Below, piece by piece: positions 30,563-42,202 of a stretch of 64,000 nt of DNA; positions within the stretch are counted from its first letter, which is position 1, and each line of letters begins with the position of its first letter. The DNA is from Neocallimastix sp. 'constans' (lineage: Eukaryota). Under the pieces are notes generated by a model. It was not told the DNA's origin. It made no database searches and was given only the letters and a program-made list of their open reading frames with translations. Made by a program: the position numbers and the translations under genes. Where the stretch lies: NCBI GenBank assembly GCA_050613775.1, contig JBODTK010000010.1:682001-746000 (forward strand), given 5' to 3'.

Positions 30563-31235
30563 AATTTCTGTAAAGAGAGCCCCAGATTGCACCAAGAATG
30601 GTGTAAGAATGGTGTTTTTAAACAATCATCAAAGATGATTTGGTTCTTAAACAAAATATCCCATTTCTTTTTATAATTTAAATTGATAATGTCTTCATCT
30701 CTTCCATCAAGATGGAAGTTATATAATCGGTACCACGTCACATATATATATACACTCATTATTCAGAAAATTACTTAAATTAACACAATTTTCACCAATT
30801 AACCTATTCACTACATTATTAGTAATGATACTGTCATTTTCACTATCACTAATATTATTATTCCTATTTTCACTATCATTAATTCTACTATTATTAACAA
30901 TATTATTTCTATTGTTACTATTATTAATATTATAAACTTCGTTGCTACTATCATTCTTATCTGTGATAACAGTGTTTACATTACTATTTGATACTAGACA
31001 ATATTTGGAAATTAAAAAAAAAATTTACATAAGAACTTCAATATTCTTAAAATATTTCATTCAAAATTCACTGAAAAGATAGCATTTAAAAAACCAATTT
31101 TCTAATCAAGGATTACTATTTTTTCTATAACAACAAGAACACCTTTCTAGACAGTCGTCTTCAATCATTTTGGAAGCTTTGGCAACACGAGCATTGAATT
31201 TATTATCCACATCTGGCACGAAGTACCCATCAAAA
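30563..31235 (-). mobile_element. LINE fragment a (same family as d), truncated at both ends
   Basis: High nucleotide similarity to 35378-36056, e.g. CACGTCACATATATAT..ACACTCATTATTCAGAAAATTACTTAAATTA. Carries an 11-bp internal duplication AAGAATGGTGT. Confidence 0.9.
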
Positions 31236-34200
31236 TTTTTTTTTTAGACTATGAAGAGAATACACTTCATGTGCTTTAATATTATATATTACAATAATTA
31301 TAAAAGTACGTTAGAAGCAGTAGTCTCTAACTTTTCCCATTCATCGATGATAACACAACGTCCATTATTGCAAGTATTAATTTCAGTATTAGTGTTATCA
31401 ATTTATCAAACGAATCTGTATCAGATCTTTCACAGTGAGGTGAAAATCCATGCCTTATCATTTCGATGTCGACGCTCTTATCAATGATGAATTCAATAGA
31501 TTCAACGGAATACCAGTTCATAATCAATCTAAAAGATCGACAAATTAATGATATTACGTTTGTTAGAAACTCTGCAATCCCCACAAAATACGTAACAATC
31601 GACGAAGTTGAACTTTGTTTAACAGTATTGTCAACTAATTGTCTTTGTTCCCCATCATTAACTTTAATTTTTGAATATACTGAACGCCCGCCAAGAAGAG
31701 CACTCAATATAAAATAATAAATATTATTATCATAATCCTTTTCTGAATCTAAAGAAACATCCAAGGATTTTTGTTCAATTATCATAGCAAACATTAAAAA
31801 GAGAACATCTAGAAAAGGTAAATATTTATTTCTGAAATATTCCAATTCTTTACAGGCAAAGATCTAGTGAGAAAAGCTAGGTACACTAATACCACAACAT
31901 GGGCAACATTTAGGGCAATTTTCTAATCTTCTTTTAATGGAAATACTAATGTCAAATTTAAAACCACACCTAATTCTAGAAATCCAAAAGAATCCCAATT
32001 GATACTTAGGATATTGAAATGTTAAGTTTTTGATTTCTGAAATAAATCAAAAATTATTCTCCTTGTAAATAATTGCTTTTTTTTTTAACTTTTGAGGATT
32101 TGAAGACATTTCTTTCCCAATAAAACTTTTTATTTCACTTTTTTTTTTTACTATTTAATTTCTTATCCAAAGTTCTTGATTCTTTAGTCCATGAGTAATG
32201 TGACATAGTAGGAATATTATTAGTGAGATGATTAATAATACATGATGAATTTTTCCATTTTCTAAAGCATCGTAATTGAGATATAGCACAGATAGCTGAA
32301 AGAGGAGGTATTCTCAATTCACGAGTAATATCATAGAGACTAACAGAAGAATTGCGAGATTTAAATCCATAACTCCAATAAAGACCTCTATTAATAATTT
32401 TTTAAGCTTTAGAATATCTGCTCTTATTTGAACCAAAGAGAGGAGCATAATATATAACAAGACTAAGAATAAACGAAATTAAAACATATTTCTTCAATGG
32501 GAGAGGAATAGATTTATTAATAAAAAATCGAAAGTACAAATTTAACTTGACATTTAAATTACTGTTTAATTTGGATTGTATAGGTCTCAGTGATAAAGAT
32601 TCATCAAAAGGAATACCAAGATAGGTATAGTTGTCAGTTTTAGGTAATTTGTTACTACCAATAAAGAAAGATGGATCTTCGTAATTTATCAGTTTAATAA
32701 AGTTAATCGGCTTTACAACAAGAGTAGCACACTTTTTAATTCTAAAAATCATTTCATTTTTAATAGCCTATTCATGAACTTTATTCAAAATTTTCTTAAG
32801 AGCTTGTTTAGATGGAGCAACTAAAACAATATCATCTGAAAAAAGTTCACCACAACAATATTGAGAATCTAAATATATACCATACTTATCACAATTATCC
32901 AGTATATCATTAATGAACAAATTGAATAAAATAGGAGATAGAGGGCATCCTTATCTAACACCACGATTAATCGAAAATTCTTCTGAGAGATTACCATAAT
33001 AAAAAGCACGAACTTTAGAGGATAGATAAAGATTCCTTAAAAACAGATGACATTTACCTCTAATTCCTAAGTTATATAATTTAGTTAAAATACTAAAGAT
33101 AGATACTGAATCACAAGCTTTTTTAAGATCAAGAAAAGCAAGATAAGTAAAATTTCCTTGAAATTTTCTTCTTTGACATATTTCTCTAATTGAAATATAT
33201 AAACTTATACATTTTCTTCTATATCCAAATTATTCAGGTCTAACAAATTTATGTTTTCTAAAGTATATTTAGCAATTCTATTAGTAACAATCTTTGAAAT
33301 AATTTTTAAGTCAACAGTAATAAGAGAAATACCACGATAATTATTGCAATCTGAAAGATCTCCTTTTTTTGGAATTGATATTATAGAAGCGGAATTCCAC
33401 TCTTCAGGGAAATCACCATCCCAGATTTTGTTAAATAATGAAAGTAAACACTTAGCACAATCAGAGTAGTGATTATCGGATAAATCAGATTTACTAAAAA
33501 AGGCTTTAAAAAATTCAATCGGAATACCATCGGGGCCAGGAGCTTTATTATTTTTCATATCAAGCCCAGTGTTTTGAATTTCTTCCATAGTGATAGGATC
33601 ATTAATATCCCAAGTAGGCTTATTATCAGGATTTATTCCAAATAAATTTACCAAGTATTCATTATCCAGACTATGGTGAGTAACATCAGAAGCTAGTTCA
33701 CTATAATGTTAGCAAATCGATTCAATTGATCCGAATGAAAAAATAAAAAGTTACTCTGCTTGTCCCTTAAAGCTCTTAATGAAGTAAATATGAGTACATA
33801 GGGTGAGATAGCTTCTTTAATTTTAACCAAGCACTCCTAGCATTTTTGTTACGAAAATCATTACATACAGATTCCATAGACTGATGAAATTGTTTTGATT
33901 TAATAGAAAATTCAATTGACCTGACTTTTCCACATATATTTTTATATTCACGAAGCAAATTTAAAAAATCATCAAGGTTTTCAAGATTAGAACCTAAAGA
34001 AAATTTTTTGATTTTATAAAATGCAACATGCTTTTCATGAAAAAGTTTCTTGATATAATATTGGCAGTGGAAAGCTGAGCCTTTAAGATCACAAGGAACT
34101 CTATCATGAACTTTATCACCAACTTTATTAGCCGTTTCTATATATTTATTGACCATTTCATTAGAACTTAATTCTTCATTATCATCAAATTCATTAAGAA

Positions 34201-34410
34201 TAATTGAGAAGTAGTTACATGAGAATATTTCATTTTGCTTTTCATTACGCATGTACTGGGACCATTTGAATCTTCTAGATTGAGTAGGAGCATGAAAACC
34301 TTCTAAGTCATCTTTCTTACAGGAAAGGATAAGAGGGAAGTGATCAGAAATATCATTGAATGTACTACAAACAGATACCTTAATAATGTATTCCTTCATT
34401 TTACAATTAA
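31236..34410 (-). mobile_element. LINE relic b: end of APE endonuclease, RT, zinc knuckle, C-terminus and poly(A); many stops and frameshifts
   Basis: ISDHFPL, KAPGPDGIP, NYRGISL, GVR*GCPLSP, ELFSDD, YLGI, CPCCG. T10 at 31236-31245. Confidence 0.92.
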
Positions 34411-34414
34411 ATCA

Positions 34415-34925
34415 CAAGAAAGATCATCAAAAGTTGAATTACTTACTATAGGTTCTGTGTTCGAAACTGTGCTGTTAGTTAATGTGTATTGATGGAATTA
34501 ACAAGGATTTCTAATCGCACTATTCATTTGCCATATCGGTACGACGTCGGCGCTCTTGGTAATGAAAGTGTTTTTGCTAAATCTCTCAAAAAGTAACTCA
34601 AGAGAGCTACTGATGATTGGTATTGTATTAGCAAGATATTCTGCAAGCCCCACAATTTACCAACATCAGACCAATATGATTCATTAACATCTTTGAACTT
34701 AGTGATATTCTTTTTCTTAGTTTTCTTGTAGAGCACCAGTGATTTTTTCGACCAAGAATAACGTGGCATAGAAGGGATATGGTTTATGAGATCTTTAATA
34801 ATACATTTAGAATTTCTCCATTTACAAAAGCACTTTATTTGAAAAGAAACACAAAAACCAGCAATTGGAAATACTTGAAGATCACGAGATAAAGCATAAA
34901 CACTAACCGTTGAGTTCCTTTTGAT
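34415..34925 (-). mobile_element. LINE fragment c, internally deleted 3' region
   Basis: KCFCKWRNSKCIIKDL..IPSMPRYSW is joined to KIVGLAEYLANTIPIISSSLELLF...KSADVV, homologous to ORF 39857-40261. Confidence 0.8.
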
Positions 34926-34958
34926 ATAATTTTTACATTTTTCTTCTTTTCAATGTTA

Positions 34959-37900
34959 ATTTTTTTTTTATAGCCGCAATTATTGCGAAATTTAATCTTT
35001 ACATATTTATTCTTATATAAAATACATAAATACTTTTAATTTTAATAAAAAATAAAAAAAACACAGAATTAATAAAATAAATAAATATTATTTGTCCAAT
35101 TTGAACATAATAATAAATGAAATAGTAATATGAAATAAAAAGTAATAATCAAAAATAAGTGTATAAATAAATTCAGAAAAAAATTTATATGCAACGAACC
35201 TCACCTCCTTATGGATCAGGTTTGAATTGTCTATCTGAAAGAAATTATGGTCTTCTCCTTCAGAGGCATTGACCCTGCTAGCCTGTCATACTGAATTTTC
35301 AGCGTTAACGTTCTTGTTTAGTTTGCGCTTATACTTTCGGAATAGTAACCCTTGCCGAGTACTAGCCCGAGGCATAATTTCTGTAAAGAGAGCCGAAGAT
35401 CGCACCAAGAATGGCGTTTTTGAATAATCACCAGAAATAATTTGGTTCTTAAACAAAATATTCCATTCCTTTTTGTAATTTAAATCTATTATATCTGTCC
35501 CTTCCACCAAGAAGAAAGTTATACAATCGGCACCACGTCACATATATATTTATACACTCATTATTCAGAAAATTACTTAAATTACCACGATTTTCACCAA
35601 CTGAACTATTCATAAATTAGAAGTAACGATATTATAATTTTTACTATCACTAATATTAATATTCCTATTTTCACTATCACTATTTCTACTATTATTAACA
35701 ATATAATTTCTATTGTTAATATTATTAATATTATATACTTCGTTACTACTATCAGAATCAGAACTTTGTTCTAGATTATTCATATCTGTGATAACAGTGT
35801 CTACATTATTATTAGATATTGGACAATATTTAGAAATAATATAAATTATTTCATAAAGAATTTCAATATCCTTAAAATATTTCATTCGAAATTCACGGAA
35901 AAGATAGCATTTATAAAACCAATGTTCCAATCAAGGATTACTATTTTTTCTATAACAATAAGGACACCTTTTAGGACAGTCTTCTTCAATCACTTTGGCG
36001 GTTTTGGCAACACGAGCATCGAATTTATATCCACATCTGGCCCGAAGTACCCATCGGAAGCCAATGCTAAATTCAGAATATTTATAATTAAGCTTAAGAT
36101 ACTCTCTAGTTTTTTCAAAATTATTATTTTTATAAGCCTTAGTTTTGATTGATTTTCCTGTCATATCTCTATCCCAGCAAAAGTTTAAAATAGCTTTTTT
36201 TGATGGAAATTTACTTAATTTGTCAGCTAAAATTTTACTTTCTTTATCCCATGCATGACGTCTACAACGAGATATATCTCTAAATAAATCAGAGATAATA
36301 CATTTCGAGTTTTTCCATTTTTTAAAACATCTTACTTGAGCAATCGCACATTTCGCCGAAAGAGGAGGAACGTTAAGTTCTTTAGAAACACAATAAAGGG
36401 AAGTAAAGCTATTCACTTTAGAAAATCCTTCAATCCAGTTTAATCCTGAATTAACTAATGTCTGTGTACTTCTCGTTCTATCTTTGTTAGATCCAAGTAG
36501 AGGTGCATAATATGAAACTTGTCCAATTACTATAGCTTAAAATAACATTATAAGGGATAGGAATATGAGGATTCTTAAGAAATCCTTAAATGGAATAAAG
36601 TTCATTTCTAACTTTATTATTCATTCTCTGTATGATCAGTTTCAATTCTAAATCATTTGAAAACGGTACACCTAAGTAGGAAGGTATAGCAATTCATCTT
36701 AGGTAACTCTTGATTTGAAAGATAAAAGATAAGATTACTATTATAAAGAAATCACATTTAATGATACCAAATTGCATTTCATTATTTCTAGCCCATTTAC
36801 TCGCAAACTTTAACAATTTCTTAAGTTGGGATCTTGTTGGAGCATATAACACAATGTCATCTGCAAAAAGACCTCCACAACAACGTTTATCACCAATAGA
36901 GATTCCATATTTATTACAATTATTAAAAATATCATTAATAAACAAGTTAAATAAATTTGGTGAGAGGGGACAACCTTGACGAACTCCTTTCTTAATATTA
37001 AATGATTCCGATAATTGTCCATCAACTCTTACACAAGCCTTGGAAGATAAGTTTAAATTTTCAATAAAATTAAAGCACTTACCTCTAATACCTAAGTGAT
37101 GAATCTTCATTAATACATTATATATGGGCACTGAGTCATACGCTTTTTTAAATCCAAAAAAACAAGTTAATTATCCTTATTTTCAAATTTCCTTCTCTTA
37201 CATATAATTCTTAATGTAGTGTAAAGACATACACATTCCTCTCGATTACGAAATCCATATTGTTCAGGTCTTATACAACCTTCATCAATTCCATATTTAG
37301 AGATTCTATTAGCTATGATTTTTGCTATAATTTTTAATCCATTATTGATAAGAGAGATGCCACGATAGTTATTACAATCTGATGGATCTCCCTTTTTATG
37401 AATAGAAACTATTGATGCGTTATTCCATGATTTTGGGAAATCACCATTCCAAATACGATTGATTAAGGCTTTGAGACATTTAAAGCCAGATGAAATATTA
37501 CTATTATTATCACTTGATCCTTCTGAATCTTCTTTACAAGGAATCAAAGCTTTGAAGAATTCCATTGGAATACCATCAGGATCACAAGCTTTAAAGTTAG
37601 GAGTAGAAGAAATTGCTTTGCTAATTTCTTCATCGCTAATACCTTGGTTAATATCCCATTCTTGTTGCCTTGGTCTTCCCAAATTCCTTAGTGCATCAGA
37701 ATCTTGCCAATAATCTTTAGAAAGACTATGACCTGAAGAATCCGACCCTAAGAATTTATAATGAGATTGTCAAATTTTTAATTTTTCATCTGAAGAAGAA
37801 ACAAGTTCATTATTATAATTTTTAATAGGATGAGAGACCGTGAAAGATTGATTATTTATTTTTTCATTCTTTTTAACCCATTTCCATGCTTTCCTACTAT

Positions 37901-39790
37901 CCTTTTTAAGAGCTAACGAACATCCAATTTTAATCCAATATAAATATTCTTTTTTCCTAAATTCGTTACATTTTTTATGAATTGATTCACAAAGTCTGTT
38001 ATACGAGTCAACTATTTTAGCAAATTCATTGGAATCATTTGAAAAAACATAATGCTTAATTTGTTTGCATTTAATATGTTTTACCTTTTGAAGACAATAA
38101 ATTTTTTGTGACATTCTAAGCATCACTTTTCTGATTTCTGTTGAAGATGTAATCGATAAATCCTTAGCAATGGAATTAGTAGTGTTAATGATCTTTTCAA
38201 TAACACAATCCATTGACAGTTCTTCATTTCCTATTTCTTCACTAAGAATCTCAAATTTATTGTGATGATATATTTCTTTCTTTTGTTCAAGACATTTATA
38301 CCTATCCCATCTTACAAATTTTTTTGGTAATAAAAAATGATTCATCTATGGTAATTTTATTACAATAAACTACAAGAGGTTTATGATCAGATAAAGAAGG
38401 ATAATCAACAAAATAAGCACTTGATATTTTATCCAGCATACTTGAATTGACTGATGCATGATCAATATCTGATGAATATCTACCTCTTGTCCATGAAATA
38501 GGTGAACCATTAATCGGAAGAATAAACCAGTTATCAAGGTTACTATTGGATAATTTGTCTTGTAAATCAGAGGTACTCATGTTAAAGTCTCCAAGAAGAA
38601 TAGATGGATGATTAGTGTGATTCTGAAACCATGTGAAAACTTCTGAAAATGCATATCGGACTTGTAATGAGTGTTTCTTAGTGGGAATATAGACATTACC
38701 AACGGAACACTTAGAGTGATTCCAGAGACTATATGTTGTTAAAGAAACAAGATAAGTATAGGAATTATCTTTAAGTACTGCTTGACAAGAGACCTGATAA
38801 CCAAGATATAAACCTCTGCAACCTGGAGTAGTAGGATCCGTTCTTTTCAAGAAATGTTTATAGTTGGGAAGTGTTACTTTATATAGATTTCTAGCCTCAT
38901 TGGTACCATTACCTGTTTCCTGAAAACACTGAAATAATGGTTTAAATATTGTGTTGAAGTACTCAATACTATCTCTTTTCACAAAATTCCATCCGTTGAT
39001 ATTCCAACTAAGACAAAAAAAAAACTTTCCTGTGTTGGAATGAGAAAATGAATTTTGAGAATTAAGATTAGGAATATTGGGAGCAATTAGTTCATGATTG
39101 CCATTAATAATATTTACTAAATTTGTTGAACTGAGGTTTACTGTGTTAATACCATTGGATGTGTTATTAGATATTAAATTATGTTTTAAATGCCGAAATG
39201 AAACATTATGATTCCATTTGGAACATCTACGATATGAAATTTTAACTCCTGATAGTGCTTTTTTAAATACTTTTTTAAATTTTTCGTGGTTGAAATTCGG
39301 AGAGTATACTTTTATCCTGATTTTTTTTTTTTTTTAACAGCAGCAAACTTGTTTCATCTTTATTAATTAAATATTTGAAAAAAATACATGTAATAAAATG
39401 AAAAAAAAAAAGATAAAAAAAACACAAAATAAAATAAAATAATAGTATAATATATTCTAGTTTCATTTAATTAATATCTGTAAGACTTCACAAGGGCATT
39501 ACTATACTGTAGTATAATAATTAATTTTGACTTCGCAATTTTAATCATAATTTTTAGATACGAAATTATGATCTCCATTGGTTGCCCTAGCCCTGCTGGC
39601 CTGTACCAAGAATGGAGTGTCAGAATAAGCACCTGATTTCATCTGGCACTTAAATAGATCCTTCCATTCCCTTGTACTGACTTTTATCCTGAATTTTTTT
39701 TTTTTTTTATAGACAGGGAAGAGAATACACTTCCAAAACTTTATTAAATTTTATTTTAAAAAATGCATGTAGGTGAAAAGTACATTTGAA
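34959..39790 (-). mobile_element. LINE relic d: near-complete APE endonuclease-RT-zinc knuckle element with poly(A), degenerate, interrupted by insertion e
   Basis: SWNINGW, CFQETG, LLGDFN, DIDH and SDHKP (endonuclease); NYRGISL, QYGFR, KGVRQGCPLSP and GGLFADD (RT); CPYC...EHWFYKC. T-tract at 34960-34969. Confidence 0.95.
39321..39679 (-). mobile_element. LINE 3' stub e inserted into the 5' part of element d
   Basis: 13-bp TSD ACTTTTATCCTGA at 39308-39320 and 39680-39692, with a T15 tail at 39321-39335. Encodes EWKDLFKCQMKSGAYSDTPFLV and QASRA..GDHNF, homologous to d. Confidence 0.88.
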
Positions 39791-39799
39791 ATTAAAAAT

Positions 39800-40800
39800 A
39801 AAAAATTAAAAAATAAAAAAAAAGCTCGAAAATACTATGTATTTCGGCAAGTTGTACTATGCCGGAATTTTTCCCTTCCTAACAAATAAAAAAGAAATAA
39901 AACCTAGAAGTAACATCTTTAAAATAGATAGTGTGGTGTCCACTAAACTCTCCCCGGATTCATCATTTATTGAACTACTAGGGCAAGATTCATCCTTCGT
40001 AGAAATAGATGGCGATCCTGTATTAATCAGTACGACGTCGACGCTCTTGGATAAGTTTGGTATTTTGCAATACCTATCAAATAATAGCTCAAACGAACTA
40101 CTAATGATAGGTATTGCACTTGTTAAGAATTCCGCCAAGCCCACAATTTTTGGAACAGGTGACTCAGATGAACCTTTGAAAAGTAGTTCATTTAATTGTC
40201 TCTGTTCCCCACTATCGAAATGTAGCTCATTTAAAACTAAAGTCCCACCAAGAAGGAACAAGTATATATAATGATTGATATAATCTTCAAAATTAGAAAT
40301 AGAGTCATAGGAAGAGAGAGGATTAAACGCTCTAATCTTCCTAAGGAATAAAACATAGAGATCATCGATGAAATTTAAAGAATTCCATCTAAAAGATGCA
40401 AGAGCATCGTATTTAAAAATCCAATGTTCAAAAGATTGTAGATATTACTAATAGTACATTTTTGATTCCAGAAAGAAGTAATATTTACTGAAATGATATA
40501 TTTGTATAAAAACGGTTCTTGGAAGAAAGAGCACGAAGAATGAATAAAGAGTCCTCTCATACCAGGGATTAGCTCAAAGGAACTTTTATCCTGAAGAAGC
40601 TATCATTGAATTTAGTAATTCTTTTTACTGACAAAATATTATTATTGAATTTTTTGTATTTAGAAAGAATAAATTCCTTCATTTTAGCATTAGTCCATGA
40701 GTGTATACCACGGATAAAAATTAACCCTGTGTTGTCAATAGATATTCCATAGTAGCGAGAAATTCTTGGGTGTAACTTACACTCACACATACATGCACAA
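39800..40800 (-). mobile_element. LINE relic f: apparent 5' end joined to the 3' end by a large internal deletion
   Basis: N-terminal LIFIRGI...FFRIKV segment followed within ~150 bp by SFEHWIFK...LLGG...GEQRQL...IVGLAEFL...KSVDVV. No EN or RT. Confidence 0.75.
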
Positions 40801-42202
40801 ATAAAAAAAATGTCATTTATAATAAAAATAAACAAAATTGTAAAACACTTCTTTAAGGTTTTAAAAAAAAATATTTTATTTAATAAAAATAAAAAAATTT
40901 TTAAAACACATTTAATTTACTTTTTAAAATGATTTTTTATTTTGTTTTATTTTATTTTTTTTTTTTTTATTTTTTATTTTTATTAATTTTTTTATTTAAT
41001 AAAAATTTTATTTGCATTATTTAAATATACAAAATTGATATTACTTTAATTTATTTTTTTATTATTATAATTTTTTTTTTAAAAAATATCACCCTCTAAT
41101 AAATGATATCTCTTATTTAATAAAAATTAATTATTTATATTCTAATTAATTCTTATTATTTTGTAATTTCTTTATTTTAATGATATAAAAATATATATAA
41201 TTTGGAATATAATTTTTAATTTTGTTATATTAATTTTTTTTGTTTTGTTTTGCTTTTGTTCATTTATTTTTAATTATTCATTCTCCCTTTTGTTTTTTAT
41301 TTTATTTTTTTTTAATTACTATTATTTTTGTTTTTGTTTTTGTTTTTGTTTTTTTGTTGCTTTTTTTTTAATTAATATTTATTATTATTATTTCAATTTT
41401 TTTTTTGGTTATTTTGTTTTGGATAAATAAAATATTAACACTATTTTTTATTTTAATTGCTTTTTTAAAAATTAAATATTTTTATATAAATATTACTATA
41501 TATAATATATATTTATAATAATATAAAATTATTGGATATATATTTTCTTGTAAAAAAATTCTTTTTTCTCCATTTTTTTTTTACAAATAAAAAAAAAATA
41601 ATCTTTTTACTTTTCAATTCACTACATTTTAAATATACATAAATTTATAAAATATTTTTGATATATTTTATTAGTATGTATATATTTATATATATTTTTT
41701 TAAATAAATTAATTTATACTTCTTTTTTCGTACTGAATTTATATATTATTTTGGAATAAAATATACTTATGATTTTAATTTATATTTATAAAACTCTAAA
41801 GAAAAATATTTATTAATAAATAAATAAATATTTAAACCAAATATATTTTTATTATTCAATTTAAATACTTTCTTTTTCTTTATCTTTTTCTTTCTTTTAC
41901 AACTTCATTACTTTATTCCCTTTTTTTTCTTTCTCCTTTAATTGCTGGAAGTTAATATTATTATAATGATTAAATATGCTTATTATATGATGATGAATTA
42001 ATTATTTATATAGATAACGTTAAGTATAACATAAAAATAAATTAATTTTTTTTTGATTCAAATAAGAAAAAAATATTTTAATATGGAATAGTAATAAAAA
42101 TTATTTTCTTTTTTTTTTTTTTTGCTATTAATCTATTAAAAAAATAAAATATTTTTTATTATTATAATTATTTTACTATTCCTCTAATTTTTTTCTTTTA
42201 AT

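Noticed and set aside
34425..34432. CATCAAAA as a TSD partner for element b (31228-31235)
   Set aside because: It is only 8 bp, and the sequence beyond does not resume fragment a.
35193..35313. Hammerhead, HDV-like or tRNA identity for the LINE 3' structure
   Set aside because: No CUGANGA plus GAAA core, nested pseudoknot or cloverleaf was found by eye, and A/B-box matches are weak.
39483..39497. AAGACTTCACAAGGG resembles AAGACTTACAAGGG at 51202
   Set aside because: The two lie in opposite sense relative to their elements and the match does not extend, so it is treated as chance.
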